DNA of 63,872 nt, counting the filler, from Reticulomyxa filosa (Eukaryota; Protista; Foraminifera): the NCBI GenBank assembly GCA_000512085.1. It is 24 parts of 24 records of this genome, joined end to end, with 100 filler letters (N's around TTAATTAATTAA, not from the genome) between each part and the next. Parts side by side here need not be neighbours in the genome. Positions count along the whole stretch, not along the records: positions 48,014 to 49,966 come from ASPP01021855.1; positions 50,067 to 54,202 come from ASPP01024917.1; positions 54,303 to 55,421 come from ASPP01011592.1; positions 55,522 to 58,543 come from ASPP01005439.1; positions 58,644 to 62,708 come from ASPP01007085.1; positions 62,809 to 63,872 come from ASPP01028274.1; 18 more parts are not named here. One strand, 5' to 3'. The notes under the pieces were generated by a model. The model was not told the origin of the DNA, did no database searches, and worked only from the letters and a program-made list of their open reading frames with translations. The position numbers and the translations under genes are program-made. Shown here piece after piece: positions 49,151 through 62,970 of this stretch (positions within the stretch are counted from its first letter, which is position 1; each line of letters opens with the position of its first letter).

Positions 49151-50661
49151 TTTTTTTGTTTTTTTTAAATTCCTCCTTGCAACAAACTTGGAAAAATGTT
49201 GAAAAAATATTTGAATTCCTTTAATCAAGTGCTCAAAACACAAATAAAATTCCTCTTTGAATATTACAGCCGAATTTCCCTGTTCGTTCATCAATACAAA
49301 TCAATTTTATTTTAAGCCAATTTGAAAGGAGTAATTAGTCTTACATTTTTGTTGCGCTGTGAAGAAAATGGTCTGTCCATTTCAACAAATGAAAAAAGGT
49401 CGAATTTCAGTGTTTGCGATCACTAGCAAACCTTAGACCGAGTTACAAACACAGGTTATAGATACCTTTCTTAAAAAAAACAAGTCCTCAAAATCAAGAG
49501 TAGATAATACAACTACGTTGTTATATTTCTCTAACAAATTAATTTAATCATTTCTGAAACTATTTTTTTGTAAAATGAGAATTTTAATTCCCGGAGAATA
49601 TGTGAAGTTAATTTTTTTATATTATGAAATTCTCTTATATTGTTTGCAAGATTTCTTCAATGGATATTTTTTTTCTTGATCGTACACTGTCAATTAAAAA
49701 TCGAACATATTTTTATATTCAGCTTTTGATTTTCTGAAAGAGTTGATCGTTTTACGTGACCAAAGATTATCAATGACATTTTTTGACTTTGTAAGGTGTT
49801 TGAAATGAAAAGTTTGACGAAAAAAATCATTTGTTTTCATTTTCCTCAAACTCAGTACCGATTTTGACAACGTCGTCCACATTTCCGTCTTCAAATCTAA
49901 CTTGAGCATACCCACGGTGACATGTATCGGGGTGTCTATACGACAATTGAACTCGATCATTTTTCANNNNNNNNNNNNNNNNNNNNNNNNNNNNNNNNNN
50001 NNNNNNNNNNTTAATTAATTAANNNNNNNNNNNNNNNNNNNNNNNNNNNNNNNNNNNNNNNNNNNNCATATATGATGACAATGATAATAATGACAACGAC
50101 AACAATAATCACAATCCAAATTCTCACCATCATTCCACTGATGTCAATCGCCATCAAGGCTGTAACCACAATGAAAATGGGCATGGTGATCGTGTTTTCT
50201 CAAAATGAAAGCTGTGTTTTTAATTGTAAAGGAGTTATCATATTTATTGTTTTTTAATTTATTTAAATTGACTGCTGATTACGTTTTTGTTAGCATTTTA
50301 AAATTCATTTATCAAAGGACAAACAGATGTTAGTGGTATAATTTACTGTTGAACGCAAATAATTTCCTTAATGTACGTTCTTTCCAAATCAAAAGTGAAG
50401 AATTGATTCACCAAACAAACCAAATGTTGTTTCTCATTTGATTTTTCATGCGAAATCAAACAAAATCCCCATCCAATAGCAACGGTCAACTCACAACACA
50501 AGCACACCAAAACAAAAACTGAACAAACGGAACATCAACAACCAACTCGAATTTCTGTCTGTTTCTCTGGTGGACAAATTTTTTCTTTTTGTTTTTTAAG
50601 ATTTAATACTAATGGTTCGCACAAAAAGGATTTTGCTTTTTTTTTTCTTGCAGGTATCTAA

Positions 50662-53600
50662 TCAATTCTTGGGAGCTTGTTCCGGTGTAGTTTCTGCTGG
50701 TTTTTGACTTTCTGTACCTGTTGCAGTGTTAGTGGGAGCAGTGGAGCTTGGTTTCTCTTCTTTTTTCTCTTGTGTTTCTTTCTCTGGGGTAGCACCTTTG
50801 TTTTTGTCATTGCTCTCTTTTTGCTCTTCTGGCTTTGGTTCTGGTTTGGGTTCTGGTTTAGGTCTAGTTAAAATAGGTTGACACTTTTTTGTCAGCTCAC
50901 GCTGTTGTATAACATTTAAAAATGCCAGACAAATATTTTCTGAGTGGATGTACAAATAAACGTGTTAAAAAAAAAACAGGAAAAAAAGAGTTGTCGCTGA
51001 TAGATCACTAAACATATTTATTATCGACTTCAGAGCAAGTCACAGCAGGATGATCGAATGGTTTAAGTCTATCTTGTTGAAGCATTTTGCTAAACAACCA
51101 TTCATCTACTTCAGTAGCACTTTTTCGTACAAGATCACGCTCTTCTTGCGTGATGTGAGCATATTTTTCATCGGTTGTCTCCGCAAATTGTTGGTAGCTC
51201 AATATTAATTTTTTGATAGTTTCAATACGATGAGGTCGATGTTCTGCCTCCCAATATCTGCTCATCATTGGATCACTAATTTTTTTCAAGGTCTGAAGTT
51301 TCTCAGTGTAAGCAGTTTTATTTGCATGCTCACCTGTTATTATTATTATTTGTTTTCTTTTCATCTATCTTGTCCTTTTCTCAAAAAAAAACAAAACCTA
51401 TGCTATGATACCTTCATCATATAGCCATTGTTCAACATCGTCCAATTGTGCCAAAAATGTTTGCCTGCTCTGTTCGGTCATATAGTCCTTGTGAGTGCCG
51501 TCCAATTTGCTTCGCATATCGTAAACATATGTTTCCAATTCATTTCTTCGTTCACTATTTTCTCGGATGATTCTGTCCACGTTGCCTAGTTTTGCTTCCA
51601 ATTCCATCCATTCTTTGATTTTTTCGTTGCTTATTTGCGAATGGAATTTGCCAGTCACCAACAAATTTCGGCTTATCTTTTTTTTATCCGATTTTTTTGG
51701 GCTTGGAGGCTCACTTTTGTTGTCTGTTTCATTTTTCGATTCTGTTGCGCTCGCCTTGTTTTTGTCTGCTGTCTCTTGTCCAGATGTTGTAGTCGTATCT
51801 TGCGGAGTTGTTGTCGGTGGAGCATTTTCAGTGGTTGCTTTGTTGTTTGTTTTTTTTTTTTGCGCATACATGTTTATAAGAAGAGGCTAATAATTTTTGA
51901 TTTCTTCCAAATAAAAAAAAAGTGCACAACAAAAATATTCTTTGAAAATTTCGAGAGGGAGGCGCAGTGTATACATGTTCACATTTATCCTCTCCCTTGA
52001 TCAACACGCACAAAACTTTTGGGATCAGTTGGCGTTTGTGGCTTAACCTCAGGTTCTTTGTTGATAAACTCGATCAACTCAGCTTGAGGCATTTCGAGCA
52101 AGCCGTGTCGATTGAGAGACAACATCAACTTAATTTGTGGATCTTTGACCGAATTTGGGGTTAACTCCACCATTTCAATTTTGAAGTCACCAATGCCAAG
52201 CTCGCATTTCATTGGATAGCCCAATTTCAAGGGCTCACTGTCCTCGAGTTTGCTATCTTCCTGAGGATGTTCAAACTTGACATCGAACGATTCTTTTTTA
52301 TGAAAGGTGATTTTTGCTGTGCAAGGGCAAGGTGCATATCGTTGCAAAACCAATTGGCGTGTAATGTTGCCACTTGTAGTGGTAGTGCTAGTGTTGCCAT
52401 CAGTGGTCGCCAAAGAAGAAGCTCCTGGATAGCTCATCAAAACAGGCCAATGATTGATATCTTGGACCTGAAATTCTCGGACTTTAAACACTGGAGACAA
52501 CATGGCACAGACCAAAGCTGCTCCACGAGCCACACTTTCATCTCCATTCAAAGTGGTGCAGCATTTGTCAATTTGGCATTCGGGTATGTGTTGTTTCAAA
52601 ATAGTAACCAAACCATCTTGAACGCATCGAATACGACCCGCCCCACCAGTGATTTCAACGCTATTAATAGGCAAGATTTTCTTCTTTGGGGTGGCAGTTG
52701 CACTTTGGTTCGCATCATTGGCGGCGTTCAATTTTTTGTTGTCTCTCGCTCGCATTTCCGCAACTGCTTTTCCCACACACTCGGAGAGCTTGGCGAGCAA
52801 AGGTGTGCATAAGCTATCAAATTCGTCTCTTGTAATACGTAAATTGAAGTCGATGTCATTGGCCAAACATTCCAACATAAACACCGCATCTTTGTTGCCA
52901 GTGAGTATTTTTTTCACGCGCTCGACACCTTTCATCAAACGCAATCTCGCACGAGCATCCTGCGATATATCAACGCGATGAGTGGTCTCAAATTGTTTGC
53001 GAAAATGTTCAAACAAAACAAAATCGAAATCACGTGCTCCCAAATATGCGTCACTACTTGTCGCATACATTTCTAATTGATTCGGCTCAAAGTCGACTAT
53101 ACATACTTGCGTATTGCTATATCCCATATCTACAAACATCACACGTCGATTCTCTTCCACCTTGCGGAATAATCCATACGACACAGCTATTGCTGTGGTT
53201 TCATTCAACAAGCGCAATACATTCAACTCGGCCAAAGTCGCTGCTGCCATTATCGATCTTCTTTGAGCATCCGTAAAATACACTGGGCATGTTATCACAC
53301 AATCCTTCACTGGTAATCCTTGCAAGTGTTTTGATGTGAACTTATTTTTTTTTTTTTTTATACGTATTTGTAAACATTTTTTGAAACTCATCTTTTGCAT
53401 TCCACCTTTCTCTCCCTTCCTTTATTAAAAAAAAGGGGATGAAGGGGGGGGGGGGGGTAATAAAAATCATAGGTCAAACTTTTTTAAAAAAATCCATACC
53501 TCTTTTAATTGCCTCAAAAATGCACACAATACTTGCTCTGATGCCAATTTTTGCGGTCCTTCGGACGTTGCCACGTCGAATGCCACTTTTCCATCCTCTG

Positions 53601-53883
53601 TGTTTGATACTTTGCAGTAATTCCATTTATGTAACTCCTGAGCCAACATTGGGTCGTCTGCATGTCGACCTAAAAATCTTTTCACCTGGCACACCGTATT
53701 TTTGTAGTTGCGGTTGAATGTTGTCTCTGCTGCTTCACCTATCTCACGCTGCTTTTCCGAATATCCCACCAATGTTGACGTCTCAAATTTTGATTGATCA
53801 TTTGGGATCATTGATATTTTTTTTTGAAACGCAACAGCCACCTTTGAAAATTGGGAGCCCACATCTATACCAACAACTGACAT
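50662..53883 (-). CDS. Hsp110/SSE-type Hsp70-family nucleotide exchange factor (complete, about 5 exons)
   Basis: MSVVGIDVG, PVYFTDAQRR, LRLLNETTA, FVDMG, LGARDFD, TTLNGDESVARGAALVCAMLSPVFKVREF, RNELETYVYDMR, EQWLYDEG. Confidence 0.95.
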
Positions 53884-54368
53884 GTTGCTATTTCACAGAT
53901 TGAGGCTCTCTTGAATCTGCAACAAAAATATTGTCGAATGTGGGACAAGAAACGTGCAAACACAAAAAGATTATGCGTGAACGCAACAAAAGGTAAACTT
54001 TTTTTTAGCTCGTACCAATCAAAATATATTTATACATTTACTGCAAATGAAACTGTAACAATCTTCAATTTTTTAAAAATTATATTTTTTTTACAAGTAT
54101 ATCTAAGTTAGTTTCTCCTTTTTATATGTCTTCCATTTATAGCATACATTGTTTGCAAGTGCAAATATTTCTTCTTTAATCCAAAATTTGTATTGATATA
54201 AANNNNNNNNNNNNNNNNNNNNNNNNNNNNNNNNNNNNNNNNNNNNTTAATTAATTAANNNNNNNNNNNNNNNNNNNNNNNNNNNNNNNNNNNNNNNNNN
54301 NNTGTGTGTGTGTGCGTGTGTATGTATGCTCTCTTTGTTTTTGGATTTCATTATTTGTGCTCAAAACA

Positions 54369-54695
54369 TTAAGCGCTTGTTACTTCGAGAAGCGGCTCCT
54401 CCACTGGTGACGATGACACCACTGGCTCGAAGGGATCGGTGTTGGCTCTGCCTCTCGCAGCCAAGTTCATCGTGTTTTGCAATAATGCACTGTGATCCTT
54501 ATCTGATGCCGTTGGTGATGAGTACTCATTTGGCTCTGATGCCACTCGCGGCTTCAACGCCATTTTCTTCGATTTTCCAGGTACACTTCTGGCCGAACTA
54601 TTTGAGCTCACTATGCTCTCATGCAAACTTGATGCATCATTATCAATGCCAAGATTTTGCATTGGGATCGGTGTTTTTTCATTATTGTCAACCAT
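54369..54695 (-). CDS. Ser-rich hypothetical protein, first exon (truncated)
   Basis: ATG-initiated disordered ORF divergent from the helicase gene. Confidence 0.45.
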   Translation of the reverse strand: MVDNNEKTPIPMQNLGIDNDASSLHESIVSSNSSARSVPGKSKKMALKPRVASEPNEYSSPTASDKDHSALLQNTMNLAARGRANTDPFEPVVSSSPVEEPLLEVTSA

Positions 54696-55045
54696 GTCTA
54701 TTATATTATGTGGACAAGAAAATTCCCTGAACAAAAGGAATATACTATTTCTTATGTCCTTTTATATTTTGCAAATGGCTTGTCTTCGTTAAGGTAATTG
54801 AAAAAATACCATGGACATAGTATCTTTGTCTTGGTCTTATCGTATTATGCATATCTACAACTTAAACTGTTTCGTCGAACGACACATGCTTGATAAAAAG
54901 GGAAAAAATAAAAGTTAGCAATCTTACACCTACAAGCAATTTAAATAAGAACAACACTTGGAGATTGGTTTCACTGTTTCTGCAGCAAGTTTTTTTTGTC
55001 TGAATCTATTATTCGAATTTTTAGAAATTGAGGATCATTCTCTCC

Positions 55046-55400
55046 ATGCAAGCTCGCAAACGTAAGCTCAAGTCTACCGAGACAAAAGGAAGTAATACTT
55101 CAACCCGTCCGACTAAGCGCGCAAAACTCGTCACTGGGTCTCAATCAACAGCCAACGCCGGGACCGACAGTCCCTTGGACACATTTTTGGAGAAAGAAGA
55201 TGTTTTGTCTCCAACGCAACCGAAGCAGCAAAATGTTGACAAAGAAGAGAAAGAAGCTGAGAAAGCGGAAAGTTCACTGCCATCAAGTCTGATGTCTTGG
55301 GATAGTCTAGACGTCAAACCACAAACCCGACTAAGTATCGATGAGCTTGGTTTTAATTCAATGATGCCAATTCAAGCACAGTCAATACCTATTTTACTGG
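55046..55400 (+). CDS. DEAD-box helicase N-terminus with Q motif (HAS1/DDX18- or SPB4-like; truncated)
   Basis: Basic N-terminus, then WDSLDV..T..SIDELGFNSMMPIQAQSIPILL. Confidence 0.75.
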
Positions 55401-55521
55401 CAAGTTTTTTTTTTTTTTTAANNNNNNNNNNNNNNNNNNNNNNNNNNNNNNNNNNNNNNNNNNNNTTAATTAATTAANNNNNNNNNNNNNNNNNNNNNNN
55501 NNNNNNNNNNNNNNNNNNNNN

Positions 55522-57243
55522 ATTATCATTATTATCATTATTATCATCATTGTTATCGTCATCATTGCTGCCATTGCCATTACTGTCGTCATTGTCATTG
55601 GACTCACGTCGTCGCTGAAGATAAGAGCCAGCTTGATGTGAAGACATTTGGGCCAAGCCGGTTCTGCTGTCGACAATATCGGGGTCAATTGCATCGCGGT
55701 CGAATGGAAAGCGATAGGATTTGCTGAGAGACTTTTCGTGGATCATTTCGCGGCTTCGAAAGAAGGCAAAAGACTGATGAGTGCGATGGATATCCTTTTC
55801 AATTTTATTCCAAATTTTCCAGTCTTCAAAGTATGAAAGCCATGGGTTCTGCGGGTGTTCCGACAGCGGATCGACCCCCGAATTCAACTGTTCGAATGAC
55901 AGCGGCTTCTTTTCCATCGTCTCGTTTGAGTTTACCTTGACATTCCATGGTTTTGGTCTTTTCATTTGCCATCGCTTCCTCTTCTTTGTCAAAGCGCATC
56001 TGACGATCAATGTTGCCATGTGGTGTTTCGATATTCGTTTGGCCTATTTCACTGTCACTGTCATTCGTTCCATTCTCATTCTCATTCTTATTCTTATTGC
56101 CATTGCCATTGCCATTCTCAATTTCGTCTTTTTCTGTGTCCACTTTCTCCTTCTTCTTTCCATCTTTTTGGCTTTCTTTCTAAAATCAACAATAACATAT
56201 ACAACATATATACAATATATACAATATATATATATATATATATGTATATATATTGTATTTCTTTAGTTTTATTGAAAAATAGATTTTTTCAACAACAGCA
56301 ACAGCAACAGCAACAGCAACAACAAAAACAGACGTGATGGTGGGGATTGTCATTGTCACTGTAATCGCTGCTCCACAATGCATTGGTACGCTTCGAGTCA
56401 TGGGCATGCAGACGATTGGATTGGATGGCCAAATCGTCATCGTCGTTGTCGCTGAAGAGTGCCTTCAGCTTTTGTTGCGTTTTCTTCTGGCGCTTCAGTC
56501 GCTCTTCTTTTTGCTTTTGTTTTTGCTCGACAGTCTGACGCGACGACGACGATTGGGAGACAACTTGTCCGCCAACCAATCGATTTTGCGAATGCGACCT
56601 CTGCAGTGACTGACTCGGCTTTACTGCTTTGTTTTCTTCGTTTTTTTCCATTTTATTTTCGTCCACTGTTGCTGCACGCGTCGTTCTATTCACTTCCATT
56701 TCTTCTTTTTTTTCTTTTTCCTCTGTTGTTCATTTTTTTTTTTTTTTTTTTTTTGTCAGCCGTCGATGACATCACTTATTTATACTAATGTTTATATGTG
56801 CAATATGTACACATTAAGCGAGTCAACAAAAATGTAACGAATGCGATCAGCGTCGGGGGTTTGGAACAGCAAATTAATATAAAACGAATACATTGTTCTT
56901 TGTTGTTCCAAATGTGTTCGCCATTCGCTTCTTTCCAACGGCAAATATTCCAACAATATCTTCCAACATTTCGCCTTCAGTGCTGTGTCTTCTTCTGGGA
57001 TGCCGTCAAAACATAGTTCTCGAAGGGCTTTCAGATCGATGTGAGGTTGATTCAGAATCGTCTGGAATGTATCCAATCTATATTGTTTTAATATAGTTTT
57101 GTTCTATGTCGATTGCTCGCTGTATATTCCTACGACCGCTTTTGTTGTTGAAGGTGTTTTTTACTTTGTGATATTCATTACCTCGAACCCACTTGTCTGG
57201 ATTGAGATTTCTTCCCACCAACCACTTTTTTTAATGCTTCCAT
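55522..57243 (-). CDS. TBC-domain Rab-GAP, TBC1D13-like (3'-truncated)
   Basis: IDLKALRELCFDGIPE..CWKILLEYLP; DPLSEHPQNPWLSYFED..IEKDIHRT (IxxDxxR arginine finger); ATG 57243 splices in frame. Confidence 0.88.
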
Positions 57244-57596
57244 TAGAGATAATGGCGAAACACTGGCAACACAGGGGTGTCTAACGAAAAGCAGCAATTC
57301 CAATATTCCATTCAATAGCCAAAATTACAACGTCGAAAAGACAAAAAAACAAACAATATAAGCATATATTTATTCGTTTTTAATTTCGATTTAATGACAA
57401 TGTAATTTACGAATTTTACAAAGAAACACATAACCAACTTTGAGCAAGATGAGAAATATATTTGAAAACAAGAAAGTATCATGCTTTGCAGCTTGATTTC
57501 TTCAACCAAAAGTAATCAATAATTGTTCTCACAAACATTTATTTTTTTTTAGTCACAAACCAACAATTTGGAGTTAATTGCAAGCAAATCGTTAAG

Positions 57597-58133
57597 CTAA
57601 CCAATAAAACCTTTATACAAAACAGTCAGAGTGCTTTCTGGAATAAAATAACGTTCATGTTGGACGTCAAAGCCCATCCGAAAAGCAACAATAGCACAGT
57701 TTTCCATTTTTTTGTGTATCGCAGCATGCTGTTCATCGTCTGTTTCCAAATACTTTTGAAAAAACATTTTGAACCAACTGGAATGTCCAACCGCGATAAA
57801 CGCAGGCACAGCAAATTCATGTTCAATTTCATAGTCAAAGTCAACCAAAGACTTGACTTCCATCTCGGTTTCGGTATCAGTTTTAATATCTATTCCAGAA
57901 CTGTTATTGTCTTTCTTCGGCTTATCTTCCCCATTGATGACATTTGTTTCACTCTTTTGGATGGTAGTTTGTGACTCCATCATCTCCTCTTGTTTTATCT
58001 GCGAAACGGAAGAGGACGAAGAATTTGACTTCTTTATATCTGGCTGTTGGTCGTTCCATGGCAACACAATATTGTTCGTCTGTACAAAGACCGTTTTTTC
58101 GGACCCATTGCTTGTCAGTACATGCTGATGGTG

Positions 58134-58168
<35 letters not shown>

Positions 58169-58520
58169 TATTATAACCATTTATTTTTTGGAATGACCTT
58201 TGTCGTTTTTGCATTTTGTGTTTGTACGTGTCAAGCACGCCATGAATGTGTGTGGTCGAGAATATCCACTCAGCAAAAAGTTCCAACCGTTTCTGCGAAT
58301 CATCCGTCGTTTCTCCCAATGGCAAATAGCCCGACACACTCTTGCTTCCATGGTTATAAATAGTTGCAATCCGGTGTTTATAAAACAATTCCAGCCCCTT
58401 ACTGTCGATCTGTCGATTGTTCATTTCGAACGATGACACTGATGGCATACTATTTTCCTGCGTTTGCGTGTGGGTGTCCACGTTAAACCCCATTTCTTGT
58501 AAACATGACACCATGTAAAC
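57597..58520 (-). CDS. Histidine phosphatase (PGAM superfamily)-like protein, last exon
   Basis: KRLELFAEWIF..FIAVGHSSWF..KMENCAIVAF resembles the C-terminal half; the RHG motif is not in the contig. Confidence 0.55.
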
Positions 58521-58756
58521 CTATCCGTACATTCATTATATATNNNNNNNNNNNNNNNNNNNNNNNNNNNNNNNNNNNNNNNNNNNNTTAATTAATTAAN
58601 NNNNNNNNNNNNNNNNNNNNNNNNNNNNNNNNNNNNNNNNNNNCCCCCCCCCCCCCTTTTTTTTAACCTTTTAAAAAAAAAAAAAAAAATTTCATTCCCC
58701 TTCTATCACCTCTTGCATTCGATAGGACAGAGAGGAAGAGTGACAGAGATAACTAC

Positions 58757-58997
58757 CAGGATTAAAGTGAGCTCCAGAAATATGGCCAAATGCATATACC
58801 ATAGCGACGAGCATAAAGCCGACACTGAGCGGAGCTAAGTTAATGCCTGTCGTCGTTGTGTTTTTGCTCATTTGACTTTGCTCCGTTTTAATGGTCGCCA
58901 TTGTCACTACATACATCATTGTCCCGATAAATTCTGCAATGTACATCGGAATACTGTCGCGGAGCTTCCATTCACTTTGATTCTGAGCGTCACTCAT
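58757..58997 (-). CDS. Aquaporin/MIP channel, first exon
   Basis: YIAEFIGTMMYV, APLSVGFMLVAMVYAFGHISGAHFNP. Confidence 0.93.
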
Positions 58998-59669
58998 TTT
59001 TGCACTACGCGGGGTTCGTGAATTACTTCCAGTATCACGTTCGTCGGTAACCCCTGCACTCGCGTTAGCGTGCAAATCCTCTCGAAAATACCTTTGTTGA
59101 GACGTTGCTTTCTTTCTTTGGTTTGAAAAAGCAAAGTTTTTCCCCTTGGACTCCCTTTTTTAATTCAATATTCAAAATTAAGTTTTTTTTTGGCGAAAAA
59201 AGGGGCAAGCATTTTAAGTTACCTTTGGTGTGGATCTACTTTCTTTCAATAATAACAGTAACAATATTTTAAAAACTTTTATATACTTCTTTTGGACAAA
59301 TATATGTATTTTCCAACGTGCAAGTGTAAGTTTTCACAAATGAATTTGCAAGGAAAAATACATTATTTTTACTTTGAATTATCCTAATTTTATTCGCTTG
59401 TTTCAATAATTTGTTTGCAACTATTTTGGCAAGCTTTATTCCCATAACAAAGACAATAATGAAATAGACCAAAATGAAGTTTGTTGTAGGAACAACATGA
59501 TCAAAAATAAAATTAATTTTTGTTTTGGATTGCATAAGCATTGGGACAACTCGCAGATTTTTTCAAAAAAAAGGGGTTGAGTTCTGTGAGAACTCTAAAG
59601 GAAAAAAAGCAAAAAAAAACAACAACCAGAACACAACCATTTCAGAGCCAAAACAAGGAATGAAAATGT

Positions 59670-59755
59670 AGCAAAAGCAGATCAGAAGACGAATATCTTC
59701 AATAGCGGAGCCACACAGTGGGCATTTGCCTTGTGTTTCCTTCATCGAAGTATGC
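59670..59755 (-). pseudogene. C-terminal half of a RING finger (GKCPLCGSAIEDI)
   Basis: CPLC..I pattern lacking the N-terminal ligands; abuts the retroelement. Confidence 0.4.
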
Positions 59756-59759
59756 GTTT

Positions 59760-61250
59760 AAATGACCGAGCTTCTTCTTTATATCTTTCGTAATTTTCTG
59801 ATGTTCTATATTTTCTAAAATTTCAATTGATGCACTTTCTTGCGTCGTTTATGTAGCTTATTACTCCACCAATGTTTGTTTCCTTTCCAACTAATTTTTT
59901 GTCCGATTGTAGCTTTCCTTGTATCAACAACATACTGACTCCAAAATTCTACTGCTTGATTTAGAACCTCTGGAGAATTTTGGAGTGTGTTATTAGTGTA
60001 TTTATCCATATTTTTAAATTTTTTGTTAAATATTGTCGAAATAATTCCCAGTTATTACTTGACAGATTCAATGTGATAATTTTTTATCGTTTAATATGTT
60101 GAGGTACCTATTGTGCAAGAATGTCGAAAGTGATAGATAAATGATCAAAGTGAGAATCTAATTCATAATAATCAGTTCTCCAATTGCAACAAAAGCCTGC
60201 TAACAATTGATTATTTTTTTTGATTTGGATGCATTTTTTGTTTGTCAGTATTTTGAACTTGTGTCTGTATGTGTTTGCTTGGGATTTGTCTTGATTTTTT
60301 ACAGTAGAATTGTTGCCTTTTTGATTTTAATTGTTGTTTTGATTCATTTCTCTATTAATAATTTCATTTTCACACTTTGTAAATGAAATTGCAAGTTTTT
60401 GTCTGACATCTTTAGTTTTTGGACAAAGCAATGAATCACTTCTATGATTGCCTTTACATAACACACAATGATGTTTCTTTGGTGATTTTTTAAACTTGCA
60501 TTGAGTAAAAATATGATTTATTCTTCCACAATACTTGCATATTGGTTTTTTATTGCAAAATTTATTTATATTCTACAATCGATTCAAGGATTCCTTTTTC
60601 TGATTCACGTATGTTTACATTTTTAATGAGCACATAACGATTCACATTTGGATTGTTTAAATCTTCAATCCTCTTCTTTTTGATATGATTTTTGAAATAT
60701 GCAGCATTTTGGTGTTATAAATTGCACTCCATCATCATTTTTGGAAAGATTTTGAACAAGTTCTTTACTTTGCATGTCATTAAATCGATTTGAAATTTCT
60801 TCTGGCTCTGAATTTTGAACACTTTTGGATAAATGAACATAAAGAATTGAGTGTGTTTGTGTCTTATTTTTGGCCTGACATACGTTGAATCTGTATTCAT
60901 AAAACGAATTAAAGATGATGCAGATAACAGCATCCTTCCTTTAACTAATGTTGGAAAATTAGTGCAAAAATATTGTCGTCTGATTTTTCTGCTTTTTTTT
61001 TTCCAAACATTATCTTCATTTACTTCCTCATTCTTTTTTTCTTAACTTAAATTGCATTTTGTATCATTTTCTTTATCTATTCTTTCATCTTTTCATTATT
61101 TTCAACTATTTTTTTCTAATTGAGGTACTTTATTCAATCTTTTTTGCCTTTTATTATTATGTTGATATGCTTGATATATGTCATCATTTTCGTCATAAGA
61201 TAATTTTTTCCTTTTTCTGTTCAGTGTTTTAGTTTCATACACTGACATCA
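59760..61250 (-). mobile_element. Decayed non-LTR (LINE-like) retrotransposon: ORF1 zinc knuckles, end of APE endonuclease, EN-RT linker
   Basis: CKYCGRINHIFTQC (CX2CX4HX4C) and CVLCKGNHRSDSLLC (CX2CX3HX6C); SHFDHLSITFDI (SDH-like); NWELFRQYL; KHWWSNKL; many stops and frameshifts. Confidence 0.8.
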
Positions 61251-61762
61251 TACACTGAGAATTATTTGATGTCATTATAGCTGCAGAGCGCTAAAACACG
61301 TTCTGGAGATATTCCAATATATTGTTCCGATGATGTTCTGGACTGTTCTGGTAGTGTTCCAGAGATATGTAGATATATATCGATATCGCTTATAGTGATA
61401 TTTTCGCTCGGTTTGACTAAACCAATATACTGTGAACTGTTCGGACCAGTTAAAAATTGTTCTGGAAATTTTCTTTGCTTGTATGTAAACAAAAATCAAA
61501 ATTTATTGCACATATATATCGCTAGAAGCTTGCTGGAACACAGTATCTCTCGATTTTTTCAAAGAATAGCACAATGATTACGTCGAAATTTATTTTTTTT
61601 TATAAATATTGTGGTGTTACTTACGTCGTAGTTAAAGTGAAGGTTTAACGTTCCAACAAATTAAAGTTTAATTTCTTGAATTCGGTCTAGTTTACTTTTT
61701 TGGAGTTACAAACGGTAAAGGACAAAAAAAAAAAAAAGCTTAGACAAAGTTTCAAATAAAAA

Positions 61763-62708
61763 ATGAATAAAGAAATGGATAACATAAATGAAGAAATAAA
61801 ACATGAAATAACTTTTCATTTACTCGAAGAATCCTGCTTTAATAAAGAGTGGATTGTACGGTTCAACAAACAAAAACGAGTAAATCCTTTAATTTGTTTG
61901 ATTTGCAAACAAATCGCGAACGATGCTTTGAAACTGGAATGCTATCAACACAAGCACATAAATAAATCACAAATTGCCGGTGGGCATTGTTTAAACCAAT
62001 TTCTTAAAAGCAACAATGGGTATTGTCCAGTCCAAGCACATGCCAATTGTGAATATTCCGAAAATGAGCCATTGCGAAATCAAATCAACAATTTAACTGT
62101 GATGTGTATAAGACAATTTGAACAAGAATTGCGAGTGTCAAATAAGACTGAAAAAGAAGAGGGAGAAGCAATTGGAGTAATTAAATGTGACTTCAAAGGA
62201 AAGATAAAAGAATTGAAGACTCATTTGGATAATGAATGTCCTTTGAAAGTAATGGATTGTTGGTTCAAACCTTTTGGATGTAATTGCACGTGTCACAAAG
62301 TTATTTTAAACGATCACGTAACATCTAATATGCAATTGCATTTTGATTTGGTCACACGAGCATTTTAATTGATGAAACAAACAATTCAATTTCATCACTT
62401 TAAATTTTTTTTTTTTTTTTTCATTGTTTGCATATTTGAATAGCTTAAAGAAAGAAAGAAAAAAAAAAAAAAAAAAAAAAGGATGAAACAAATCAATTGA
62501 AATTGGAAAATGAAAAATTAAAAAAAGATATACAAAGCAAAGATAATGAAATACACAAATTGAATAACCAAATTATTGAATTGTTATATCTGGCCAATCG
62601 AATGCAACAAAATTATTGGAAACCAAAAATTTTGCAATTAGATCAGAATTGCGAAAAAGCAGCCTAATTGGAATAAAAAAAGAAGAAAATGAACCAAAAG
62701 AAAAAAAA
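61763..62708 (+). pseudogene. RING-like + TRAF-type zinc finger protein of an expanded family, apparently disrupted after 62365
   Basis: ICLICKQIA..C.QH..CL..FL..CP..H; KCDFKGKI.ELKTHL.NECP; CWFKPFGC..H..H; frame break then coiled-coil remnants. Confidence 0.7.
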
Positions 62709-62970
62709 NNNNNNNNNNNNNNNNNNNNNNNNNNNNNNNNNNNNNNNNNNNNTTAATTAATTAANNNNNNNNNNNNNNNNNNNNNNNNNNNNNNNNNNNN
62801 NNNNNNNNACTTATAAGAATAAAATTTATTATTTGCCAGATCTTTTTTTTAAGCAAATGCGTTTAGAAAATTTTTTGCTTGCCTTTCACAGGGGCCTAAA
62901 AAAAATAAATAAATTGATATTATAAATATCGATGAAACGTATTTGAGTTAGTGACTAAGAGTAATACCTG

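Noticed and set aside
57190-57243. Frameshift in the first exon of the TBC gene
   Set aside because: Recounting the 7-nt A run gives an in-frame splice (MEALKKVVGGKK...SR/LDTF).
58750-58770. Aquaporin with NPG instead of NPA
   Set aside because: cct g|gtagtt is a likely splice donor splitting the codon, and similarity ends there.
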